64,000 nt of DNA from NCBI GenBank assembly GCA_963716725.1, contig CAVQUB010000015.1, positions 480,001 to 544,000 of the forward strand. The letters are read 5' to 3'. This document shows, piece by piece, positions 21,470-30,411 of this stretch. Positions within the stretch are counted from its first letter, which is position 1; every line of letters starts with the position of its first letter. The DNA comes from an uncultured delta proteobacterium (lineage in GTDB: Bacteria > Myxococcota_A > Polyangia > Polyangiales > Polyangiaceae). A program made the position numbers and the translations under genes. Below the pieces are notes generated by a model. It worked only from the letters and a program-made list of their open reading frames with translations, searched no databases and was not told the origin of the DNA.

Positions 21470-22348
21470 ATGCGACGGACCGCTGCCGTGCTTTGCATGA
21501 CGTCACTTGCGGCGATGGGCTGTCTGCCCGACGACACGCGCAAGCCGCCCGGACGCCTGAACGTGACCGTCACCAGTGACTACCCGCGCGATCCAGCGGG
21601 CTTCGACACCGCGGACGGCTGGCACATCGAGTACGACCGCTTCTTGATCGCGCTCGGCGAGGTCGCTCTCCGGGGCGACGACTGCACCTCCTACAACGAT
21701 ACCGACTATTTGCGAGTGCTCGACGCCCGCTCTGGTGCGCCCGAGAAGATCAGCACGCCCTACGCGCTCGGCGCCTGCGATCTGCGCTTCCGCATGCGAC
21801 CTCCGCCCGAGGACGCCGTCCTCGGGCAGGGCGTGAGCGCCGCCGACCTCGCCTTCCTGCGCCTTCCGGGCAGCGACGACTTCGCGAAGGACACCGGGAG
21901 CGCGGTCTACGTCTCCGGTTCGGCGCGGAGCGGTGGCATCGAGAAGCGCTTCGCGTGGTCGTTTCGACTCAGTGCCCAGTACGACGACTGCGAGATCCCC
22001 GCCGAGTCCGGCGTGCACCTCGCCAGCGACGTCGAGCAGACCCTCGACATCGCGATCGGCAGCAAGTCGTTCTTCCAGCACGTACCGAACGAACCCTTGG
22101 CCGAGCTCCGCTTCGCTCCCTTCGCCGAGGCGGACGACGTGCACGGCGACGCCGACGGGAACGTGACCCTGGACGAGCTCACCCTGGTGCCCTTGGCCAG
22201 CAACGCCAGCTTCGACCGCTGGGATAACTTCGCCGACTACCTCTACACGGGCCTGGCGCCGCAGTTGCCGCGCTATCGCGGCAGCGGCACGTGCACCATC
22301 GGACCCATCGACGAGGGCGGGCACGGGCCGGGTGGCGGGGGTCACTGA
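21470..22348 (+). CDS. Hypothetical lipoprotein co-transcribed with the TonB-dependent receptor
   Basis: Lipobox LAAMGC; starts 2 nt after the receptor stop; DADGNVTLDEL is an EF-hand-like motif. Confidence 0.75.
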   Translation: MRRTAAVLCMTSLAAMGCLPDDTRKPPGRLNVTVTSDYPRDPAGFDTADGWHIEYDRFLIALGEVALRGDDCTSYNDTDYLRVLDARSGAPEKISTPYALGACDLRFRMRPPPEDAVLGQGVSAADLAFLRLPGSDDFAKDTGSAVYVSGSARSGGIEKRFAWSFRLSAQYDDCEIPAESGVHLASDVEQTLDIAIGSKSFFQHVPNEPLAELRFAPFAEADDVHGDADGNVTLDELTLVPLASNASFDRWDNFADYLYTGLAPQLPRYRGSGTCTIGPIDEGGHGPGGGGH

Positions 22349-23951
22349 GACACGATGTCGCCGCAGACGCGACGAAGCAGGCCGGCGCTCTGCGGGGGCA
22401 CGTCCTCGACGGCCACCTGGAGGCCAGCGATTCGAGCGTCATCGATCACCGCCTTCACCGCCAGCGCCCCGGTGTAGTCGATCCGGCCGAGGCCACCGAG
22501 ATCGAGCACGAGTCGCTGCGCATCGGGATGGGCGGCGAGCGCAGCGTTGAATTGCTCCTCGACGAAGGGCGCCGAGGCGAACCAGAGCACGCCGTTCAAT
22601 CTCAGCGTCAGCGAGAGCCCCTCGTGTTCTGCCTCCACGGTCACCGACAGTTCGCGCCACACGTGGACCGCAAGCGAGAGCCCGACGCCCGCGAGCACCG
22701 CGTACTCGACATGCGGCGAGAGCAGCAGCGTCAGCGCAAAGGTCACCAAGCCGATTGCCGCTTGCGGTCTCGAGGCCCGCCACAGCGGGAGCAGATTCGG
22801 GCCCGGCCGAGGAGCGAGAGGATGCTCGCGATCACGATGGCGGCCAGCACCGCCTTCGGCAGCGGCGCGAGCACCCATGCGACGGGGATGAAGAGCAGCA
22901 CGGCGATCCCGGTCACCGCGCCGCTCCAACGCGTTTGCGTGCCGGCGAGCCGGCTGAGCGCGCTGCGCGAGAACGAAGCCCCGACGGGAAAGCCGCCGCT
23001 GAGCCCCGCGGCGACATTGGCCACTCCTTGGCTCAGCATGGCTCGGTTGGCGTCCCAGCGCGTGCGATCCATGGACGCGAAGGTGCGCGCGATGGCGGCG
23101 GGCTCGGCGAACCCGACGAGGGCGATCAGCCCGGCAGGCACGAGCAGGGACGGCGTCGACGCCCACGGGATGTCGAAGGAAGGCAGCGCGGGCGGTGGAA
23201 CCGCCCCGATCGTCGAGCCGTCGAAATCTGTCGCCACGCTGTAGGCGAGCCCTCCGAGCGCGGCGACCATCACGGCGGGAAAGCGCGGGTGGATGCGACG
23301 CCCCCCAAAGAAGACCACGATGCTCGCCGCCGTGATCCCGACCGCCCGGAGATCCCACGCGCCGGGGGCGGTGAGCGCGGCCCAGGCGCGGCTGCCCACG
23401 CCCCCCGCCCCGGCCGACGCTCCGAGAGCCGTCGGTAGCTGGCTGGCGAAGATGAGCAGCGCGGCGGCGACGGTGAAACCAACGATCACGGGCTGCGAGA
23501 GGAAGTTGGCGGCCGAGCCCCCCCGCACCAGGCCGATGAGAATGCGAATCACGCCCACGAGCAGCGCGAGCAGCACCGCCAGGCCCACGTACTCGGTGCC
23601 GCCCGGTAGCGCGAGCGGAGTGAGTGCGCCGAGGGTGAGCAGGCTGGTCATGGCCGTTGGCCCGGTCTGGAGGTAGCGCGACGAAGCGAAAGGAGCGGCC
23701 AGAATCGGCGCCGCCGCCGAGGCGTAGAGCCCGAGGTGTGCCGGGACACCAGCCAGCTCCGCGTACGCGAGGGACTGGGGCACGAGCACGAGGGCCACGG
23801 ACAGGCCGGCCATCACATCACCGCCCACGAGGCCCAGGCGCGGAGCCGCGGAGGATCCTCGGGCGCTCCGCGCCGACCCCTCGTGCTGCTTCGTAGGCCC
23901 TTCGTCGTCTTTCAAGGTGAACCAACCCGAGCCTACTCCGGCGGGGGCCAT
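22342..23951 (-). CDS. SulP-family anion transporter with STAS domain, one frameshift near 22800-22815
   Basis: GDVMAGLSVALVLVPQSLAYA, FASSRYLQTGPTA, GASFSRS. The second frame encodes LWFASA...LVLDLGGLGRIDYTG (STAS). Start uncertain. Confidence 0.85.
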
Positions 23952-23979
23952 CCCCAGAAGAACAGGAAGCGGGCTGAGG

Positions 23980-25230
23980 CTAGCTCAAGACGCCCGGCGC
24001 CAGGATGAAGAACAACCCGAAGATGACGAGCAGCACGCCGCTCACGCCCTTCAGCACCTTGGCGCCGCGCTCGGAGAGCGCAAATCGGTGCAGCGTCGCG
24101 GCGTAGACCAGGACGATCACCGCGAGCGGGATCACATAGGCGACGTTGTACAAGGCCAAGTAGCCGTAGCGCGCGAGCGGGGACAGGTCGCTCCGCAGCG
24201 TCAGGATGCGCGTGAACACCGCTGGCAGGCCCAGCGTGCAACCGAGCTCGATCAGGTTCACGAAGAACGCCAGCGCGGTGATTCCCAAGAACGCGGTGGG
24301 CAGGCTGGCGGCCCCGGCTATCCCGCGCATGCGCCGGAACAGGCCGGGCTTGGCTTTGTCTGGGATCATCAGCGACACGCCCTGCTTGAACCACACCAGC
24401 TCCTTCAGGTTGACCAGCCCCATGCCCAGCACGACGAGTCCCAGGGCGATGGTCACCGGACGCGACAGGCCGACCAGTGAAAACACGCCGATCCAAGCCG
24501 TCATGAACCCGAAGTAGACGATCCCAGAGACGAGCACGAAGGTGCCGCCGAAGAGCAAGAGCCGCCGCCGGGACTTCACGCGGGTGAGGATGCCGAGCAG
24601 CACCAAGAGCACCCACATGGCGCAGGGATTGATGCCGTCCACCAGGCCGATGAGCAGCGTGAACACCGGCAGCGACACCGCCGTGGGATCGACGCTGCCG
24701 ATCATCGGCAGCTCGACGGCGCGCGGCGATTCGGAGGGCTGCTTCCCGGAGAGCAGCGCGCGGACCTCCTTCTCGGTGCCCGCTCCGCTGAAGCCCACCA
24801 CGTAGGCGTCGCCGATCACGAAGGTCGGGACGCCGACGGCACCCGCACCCAGGTGGCGCACGGTCTCCATGAAGCGCTCGCGACCGGCGGCGTCTTGCCG
24901 CACCTCCACGCGCTCGACCGCGACGCCTTCTTGCTCCAGCCCGCTCAAGAAGGGCTTGGCGTCTTCGCAGTGCGGGCAGCCAATGCCCCAGAAGAACAGC
25001 AGCCGCTTTCCCGCGAGCTCGGGTGCGGCGGGCGACGGTGCCGGCTCCGCAGGCAGGCTCGCGTCCGGCTCGTCCTCGAGCCCTTCGAGGTCGATGGGAC
25101 AGGCCCCCACGTCCCTCGCACAGTCCTCGTCGGCGTCCTGGACGGAGCCGTCCGTCGGGGCGGCGAAGGCCGGGCGAGCCAGCATCGCCCACAGCGTGAG
25201 CATCAGCACGAGCCAGCGTCTCGGAGACAT
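23980..25230 (-). CDS. Thioredoxin/glutaredoxin domain fused to a DsbD/CcdA-like membrane domain
   Basis: Signal peptide; CPHC; membrane region with DGINPCAMW and ELGCTLGLP. Confidence 0.8.
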   Translation of the reverse strand: MSPRRWLVLMLTLWAMLARPAFAAPTDGSVQDADEDCARDVGACPIDLEGLEDEPDASLPAEPAPSPAAPELAGKRLLFFWGIGCPHCEDAKPFLSGLEQEGVAVERVEVRQDAAGRERFMETVRHLGAGAVGVPTFVIGDAYVVGFSGAGTEKEVRALLSGKQPSESPRAVELPMIGSVDPTAVSLPVFTLLIGLVDGINPCAMWVLLVLLGILTRVKSRRRLLLFGGTFVLVSGIVYFGFMTAWIGVFSLVGLSRPVTIALGLVVLGMGLVNLKELVWFKQGVSLMIPDKAKPGLFRRMRGIAGAASLPTAFLGITALAFFVNLIELGCTLGLPAVFTRILTLRSDLSPLARYGYLALYNVAYVIPLAVIVLVYAATLHRFALSERGAKVLKGVSGVLLVIFGLFFILAPGVLS

Positions 25231-25610
25231 CAGGGCTTCCTGGAGCGGGCGATCATCCGACGGACCGAGCGCTCCGTCTCGGCGCCGAGCCAGCCCATGA
25301 CGTATTGCTCCTTGAAGACGAAGAGCGGCACGCCCGGACTACAAATATTCAGCCGCTTCACCTCTTTTGCGAAGCGACGGCGGCCATCTCGATCCTTCTT
25401 CACCTCCCACGACTCGAAGCGCAGGTGCGGGTACTGTTTCTCGAGCTTGGCCACGAAGGGCTTGGCCTTCTCGCAGTGCGGGCAGTCGAAGGCGTGGAAG
25501 AACAGGAACAGCGGGCGCTCGGCGTCCGCCCGCGCCGCACCCGCTGACCCCGCTGCGAGAGCGAAGGCCAGCGCCCCGAGGAGCTTCCGCCTCGACAGGT
25601 GGACCGGCAT
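25230..25610 (-). CDS. Tat-exported thioredoxin-like protein
   Basis: SRRKLL twin-arginine signal; CPHC; GVPLF. Confidence 0.8.
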   Translation of the reverse strand: MPVHLSRRKLLGALAFALAAGSAGAARADAERPLFLFFHAFDCPHCEKAKPFVAKLEKQYPHLRFESWEVKKDRDGRRRFAKEVKRLNICSPGVPLFVFKEQYVMGWLGAETERSVRRMIARSRKP

Positions 25611-25622
25611 CGTCGCCGGGGT

Positions 25623-25638
25623 TGCACCCTGCGTGCCA
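25623..25638 (-). promoter_or_regulatory. Candidate sigma54 (-24/-12) promoter
   Basis: TGGCACG-CAGG-GTGCA on the minus strand; the -12 C lies 14 nt upstream of ATG 25610. Confidence 0.5.
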
Positions 25639-25792
25639 GCGCTTCTCCGCCTGATCGACGCCGTTGCCCGGCAGTGGGTGCGCGGCCCCTGCCGCGGGCC
25701 GCAGGCTCTGCGCGACGGCGATCGGCCGCGCTCCCACTCTCCCCAAGTGCGGGCGTTGCGCTGATACAGTGCCCTGACCAGGAGGTACGCCC

Positions 25793-27475
25793 TTGCGAGA
25801 AGCGCTGGAAAGACCCCACGCACTACGGAACCAGCACCCGCTCCGAAGGAGGTCACTCCGCTCGATACGTCCGGGCTGGCCGATTGCTGCGTTGGCGTTG
25901 GTGATCGCTTCCGGCTGCGGAGACGAAAACACGGACACGCGCGGCGGAAGCGGCGGGGCCAGCGGGGCGAACGACAGCGGTGTCGATGGGGCTGCGGCGT
26001 CCGGCGCGCTAGGCGGCTCGGCAGGCATGGGGGCATTGGGGGGATCCGCCGGAGTTGGGGGCTCGGGTGGTGCTGCTGGAGGTGCAGACGGCTCCGCCGG
26101 GAGCGCAGGCCAACAGAGCCGGACGTACGCGGCCGACGACACGACGACGCTGCTCAACCCAGAGCGCGGTTGGATGCTTCGAGGAAGCCAAAGCATCTTT
26201 GCCAACGCGCGAGCCGGAGACAGCGACCACCCAGAGGGGTATTCGGTCATCTGGTCTGACATGGGGTCTGCACCCTGGGACGGTTCGAAAGGCAGCCCGT
26301 TCCGCCTCGACAACTACAAGGAAAAGGCGCTCCCCGCGTCGCTGCTGAACGAACTGGCAAGCGTCTTCGACGCCGCGCGCTCCGCGGGCATCAAAGTCAA
26401 GGTGCGCTTTGCCTACAACTACTCAGGGAGCGGCGCCGACACCACGAAAGCGTGGATGGTGAGCCACATCGGCCAACTCGGCCCGGTGTTGACCGGGAAC
26501 GCCGAGGCGATCGCGTCAATGGACCTGGGGTTCATCGGCCTCTGGGGCGAGCTTCACGGCAGCACGAGCCTGGTGAACAGTACACAGCCGTGGTGGTTAG
26601 AACCGTGGATCAGTGCCAGAAACGAGGTTTTGAACGCGTTGCTTGGGGCCACACCCAAGTGGCTCAGCATTGGCAATCGCTACCCGCTCTTCGTTCGACA
26701 ACGATTCGGGGACCCGGGCTATGCGATGAACGTTTCCGGCGCGTTCTCCGGCTCGGATCAATCCCGTGTGGGCTGGTACAACGACTGCTTGTGGACGGAC
26801 AAATCCAACACCGGCACCTATTCCTACGATGTCAGTACCCAGCGAGGTGATCTGGACCGCGACACATTCGAAAAAATCGGTCGTTATGCAGCGACGTCGG
26901 GTGAATCCTGCAGCAGTGCGGGTCTGACTTCGTACAGCACTTGCAGTGCGGTTCTCGCGGACATGGCCTTGCTCAACGGTCCGGACACGCTGTTCAGGAA
27001 GTACTGGACCGGCATCTACGACCGATGGACAAAGGACGGATGCTACGACGAGATCAGTCGTCGCTTGGGCTACCGCTTGCAGTTGGTGTCTGCCACCCTG
27101 CCGACGAAGATCAACGCAGGGTCGCCGCTGTCGGTTACCCTGGACGTTCGGAACACGGGCTTCGGCAAGGTCTACAATCCGCGCCCCATCGATCTCGTGT
27201 TCGTTGGCCCGGGCGGCTCGTTCACGGCGCGTCTCAGCGACGACGCACGCAAGCACCTTCCGCTAGGCGGTCAAACCATCAAGCACGAGTGGAGCGCCAC
27301 AGCTCCGGCAGGTCTTCAGCCAGGACAGAGCTACGCGCTCTTTCTCCGACTACCCGACCCCTCCAGCAAGCTGAGCCCAGATAGCAGGTACGCGATCCGA
27401 CTGGCGAACGCGGGTGGCATTTGGAACGTACAAACCGCCCGGCACGATCTGGGCGCCAGCGTTGACGTCAACTGA
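25793..27475 (+). CDS. DUF4874/DUF4832-type lipoprotein (glycoside-hydrolase-like)
   Basis: SD AGGAGG 7 nt before TTG; lipobox ASGC; Gly-rich linker; NPERG, RFAY, GFIGLWGELH, RVGWYNDC, RLGYRL, NTGF..YNPR. Visibly more A/T-rich codons than its neighbours. Confidence 0.8.
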   Translation: MREALERPHALRNQHPLRRRSLRSIRPGWPIAALALVIASGCGDENTDTRGGSGGASGANDSGVDGAAASGALGGSAGMGALGGSAGVGGSGGAAGGADGSAGSAGQQSRTYAADDTTTLLNPERGWMLRGSQSIFANARAGDSDHPEGYSVIWSDMGSAPWDGSKGSPFRLDNYKEKALPASLLNELASVFDAARSAGIKVKVRFAYNYSGSGADTTKAWMVSHIGQLGPVLTGNAEAIASMDLGFIGLWGELHGSTSLVNSTQPWWLEPWISARNEVLNALLGATPKWLSIGNRYPLFVRQRFGDPGYAMNVSGAFSGSDQSRVGWYNDCLWTDKSNTGTYSYDVSTQRGDLDRDTFEKIGRYAATSGESCSSAGLTSYSTCSAVLADMALLNGPDTLFRKYWTGIYDRWTKDGCYDEISRRLGYRLQLVSATLPTKINAGSPLSVTLDVRNTGFGKVYNPRPIDLVFVGPGGSFTARLSDDARKHLPLGGQTIKHEWSATAPAGLQPGQSYALFLRLPDPSSKLSPDSRYAIRLANAGGIWNVQTARHDLGASVDVN

Positions 27476-27502
27476 CCAGGGCGCGAGCCTGACCCGCTTC
27501 GA

Positions 27503-28615
27503 CTACCGCGCCTCTTCGATGGCGCGGTTGTGGTCGTCGAAGCTTCGGCTGAAGCGGTGGCGTCCAGCGCCCGCGGCCACGAAGAACAGGTAGTCGGTCT
27601 TGGCCGGCGCCAGCACGGCCCGCAGCGAGGCTTCGCCCGGGCTGGCGATGGGGCCCGGCGGCAGACCCGGGTGTTTGTAGGTGTTGTAGCGGTTCTTCGG
27701 ATCGCGCAGGAGCGCGGGCGTCACCTTGCCCTGGAAGGTCGAGCAGCTCGGCGCAACTTCCGGTTCGACGACGCAGCCGTAGGCCGCGGTGGGATCGGCC
27801 TGGAGCATCTTGGCTGGCTTGTGCTCGGCGTCGTCGAGCCGATTCAGGTACACGCTGGCGATGATGGGCCGCTCCTCGTCCACCACCGCCTCCCGTTCGA
27901 CGATGGACGCCAAGGTCACGATCTCGTGCTCGGTCCAGTCCCGCTGCTCGCCGAGCGAGCTCAGGGCCCCGGGGTGCTTCGCGGCGAGGGACTCGAAGCG
28001 CTTCCGAAAGGTGTTGACCAAGGTGCGGATCACCTCCGACGGCGCCGAGTTCACGGCCAGATCGTAGGTCGCGGGAAAGAGCAGGCCCTCGACGCTCTCG
28101 CCGCGCACGCCGAGCTCGCGGCGCAGTCCTTCGTCGCGGGCCGCTCGAATGAAGGCGCTCTGTGAGCAGATCTCCTGCTCTTCCAGGCGCCGCGCGAGCT
28201 GCACGTGGTGGAGCCCTTCGGGGACCGCGAGCTTGCGGCGTGGTCGCAGGCGCGAACGCGCCAGGCGCTGGGCGATCTGCCGGGCGCTCAGCGAGTCGTT
28301 CAAGAGATGTGTTCCCGGCTCGAACTCCGAGGCGCTCGAGAACACGCTCGAGTACCAGCCGAAGAGCCGGGGGCTGGTGACCAGGCCGGCTCGCGCGAGC
28401 CGATCCCCGGCCCCGCGTGCGTCCGCGTCGCGAGGCCATTCGACGACGAAGCGCTTGCCCGCGCCGCCGCCGGGCAACATCGCCCATCCGAAGAGCGCGA
28501 CCAGCGGCAAGAGCAGGACGCCGGCTCCGATCGCGATGCCGACCACCAGCGTTCGTCGCGACTTCGCGGGGCGCTTGCGAGGCTTGGCCCGGCGCCGTGG
28601 TCGGCGCGCGCTCAC
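27503..28615 (-). CDS. mltG: Endolytic transglycosylase MltG
   Basis: N-terminal TM; EGLLFPATY, LASIVERE, IASVYLNRL, LQADPT, YNTYKHPGLPPGPI. Confidence 0.94.
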   Translation of the reverse strand: MSARRPRRRAKPRKRPAKSRRTLVVGIAIGAGVLLLPLVALFGWAMLPGGGAGKRFVVEWPRDADARGAGDRLARAGLVTSPRLFGWYSSVFSSASEFEPGTHLLNDSLSARQIAQRLARSRLRPRRKLAVPEGLHHVQLARRLEEQEICSQSAFIRAARDEGLRRELGVRGESVEGLLFPATYDLAVNSAPSEVIRTLVNTFRKRFESLAAKHPGALSSLGEQRDWTEHEIVTLASIVEREAVVDEERPIIASVYLNRLDDAEHKPAKMLQADPTAAYGCVVEPEVAPSCSTFQGKVTPALLRDPKNRYNTYKHPGLPPGPIASPGEASLRAVLAPAKTDYLFFVAAGAGRHRFSRSFDDHNRAIEEAR

Positions 28616-29031
28616 GGCCGGTCCTTGCTCCCATCGAGCCAGCCCTGGAGGATGACTGCGGCGGCCTCGCTGTCCACCAGCGCCCTGGCCTCTTTGGCCT
28701 TGATGCCTCGCTCTCGCAGGCGTGCCGTTGCCTCTTTGGTGCTGAGCCACTCGTCCAGGAGCTCCGTGGCGACGCCGGTCGACGCCGCGAGCTTCTCGGC
28801 GAAGCGCCGGGCTCGCGTGGCCTCGGGTCCCTCTCGGCCGTCGAGCCGCCGGGGCAGCCCGACGATGAAGCGATCGATGCCTTCCTCCTGGGCCAGTCGG
28901 CCCAGGTCCTTGATCAGCTTGCCGAGATCCTTGCCGCTCAAATGGGGGCGCGGGTGCGCGAGCAGGCCGAGGTCGTCGGCCACCGCCAGCCCCACCCGCA
29001 CCGTGCCCAGATCGATGGCGGCTGCCCGCAT
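28612..29031 (-). CDS. ruvX: RuvX/YqgF resolvase-like nuclease
   Basis: AIDLGTVRVGLA, IVGLP, DEWLST, VDSEAAAVILQ; upstream of mltG. Confidence 0.93.
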   Translation of the reverse strand: MRAAAIDLGTVRVGLAVADDLGLLAHPRPHLSGKDLGKLIKDLGRLAQEEGIDRFIVGLPRRLDGREGPEATRARRFAEKLAASTGVATELLDEWLSTKEATARLRERGIKAKEARALVDSEAAAVILQGWLDGSKDRP

Positions 29032-29151
29032 CGGCCGGCTTCTACCACGCGGCGGGCCATGTGCCCGATTTCGCTCAGAGTCCTTGACCGTCCCCCCTCA
29101 CCCGAGCATAAGCGCGGAGCCAATTCGACCCGGTCCCCCGGGAATTCCTTC

Positions 29152-30411
29152 ATGAGCTACCGCGCCGTCAAGGGGATGAACGACATCCTACCGGACGAAG
29201 TGGCCCGCTGGCACGCTCTCGAGCGGGCCTTCCGGGAGACGGCGGAGCTCCATGGCTACGCCGAGATCCGCACTCCCGTGGTCGAAGGCACCGAGCTCTT
29301 CGTCCGCAGTATTGGCGAGGCCACCGACGTCGTCGAGAAGGAGATGTACACCTTCTCGCGCCACAGCGAGTCGCTCACGCTGCGCCCCGAAGGCACCGCC
29401 GGCGCCGCCCGCGCGTACGTCGAGCACAAGACCCACGCGAAAGAGCCGGTGTCGCGCTGGTACTACCTGGGGCCGATGTTCCGGGCCGAGCGCCCCCAAC
29501 GTGGACGCTATCGACAATTCTACCAGGCCGGCTGCGAGATCTTCGGTGATCCCGGCCCCGCCTGCGACGCCGAGATGATCGACATGCTGGTGGGCATGTT
29601 CCGACGGCTCGGGATCCCGGACGTGGTCGCCAGCGTCGGCAGCATCGGCGGCGCCGCGACTCGCGAGCGCTACCGCGAGACCTTGCGCGCCTTCTTGCAG
29701 CCCAAGGCCGGCGAGCTCTCGGAGCACGCGCGGACCCGACTCGAGCAGAACCCGCTCCGCATCCTCGACTCCAAAGATCCCAAGGATCAGGCCGCTTGTC
29801 AGGGTGCTCCGAACATCCTCGAGGTCCTCGACGACGCGGATCGCGCCCACTGGGACGCGCTGCGGGCCCACCTCGACGCCCTCGGGACGCCCTACGTCGT
29901 CGATCCGCTGCTGGTGCGCGGGCTCGACTACTACACTCGCACGCTCTTCGAGCTGAAGAGCAGCGCTGGCGAGCTCGGCGCGCAGAACACCCTCTGCGGC
30001 GGCGGTCGCTACGACGACATGATCCGCGAACTCGGGGGACCGGCGGTGCCGGCCATTGGCTTCGCCATGGGCCTGGAGCGCATCCTGCTCGCGCTGGGCC
30101 CGATGGAACTTCCGAAGCGTCCGCCGTGCTCGGTGGCGCCCCTCGGTGCTCGAGCCGTCAGCAAGGCCCTGGAGCTGGGGCGGGCGCTGCGCGATGCTGG
30201 CGTGACGGCCGACGTCGACGGCCGCGGTAACTCGCTCAAGAGCATGCTGCGGCGGGCCGACGGCCTCGGGGCGCGGTACTGCATCGTGATCGGCGACGCG
30301 GAGCTGGACCGGGGCGTCGTGCAGCTGAAGGATCTCGCGGGCCACTCCCAAGAAGAGCTGCCGCTCGGAGACGTCGTGGCGCGGGTCGCGCACTCGGGCG
30401 GTGCGGCATGA
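29152..30411 (+). CDS. hisS: Histidine--tRNA ligase
   Basis: VKGMNDILP, LRPEGTAG, FRAERPQRGRYRQFYQ, LVRGLDYY, GGGRYD, GFAMGLER. Confidence 0.97.
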   Translation: MSYRAVKGMNDILPDEVARWHALERAFRETAELHGYAEIRTPVVEGTELFVRSIGEATDVVEKEMYTFSRHSESLTLRPEGTAGAARAYVEHKTHAKEPVSRWYYLGPMFRAERPQRGRYRQFYQAGCEIFGDPGPACDAEMIDMLVGMFRRLGIPDVVASVGSIGGAATRERYRETLRAFLQPKAGELSEHARTRLEQNPLRILDSKDPKDQAACQGAPNILEVLDDADRAHWDALRAHLDALGTPYVVDPLLVRGLDYYTRTLFELKSSAGELGAQNTLCGGGRYDDMIRELGGPAVPAIGFAMGLERILLALGPMELPKRPPCSVAPLGARAVSKALELGRALRDAGVTADVDGRGNSLKSMLRRADGLGARYCIVIGDAELDRGVVQLKDLAGHSQEELPLGDVVARVAHSGGAA

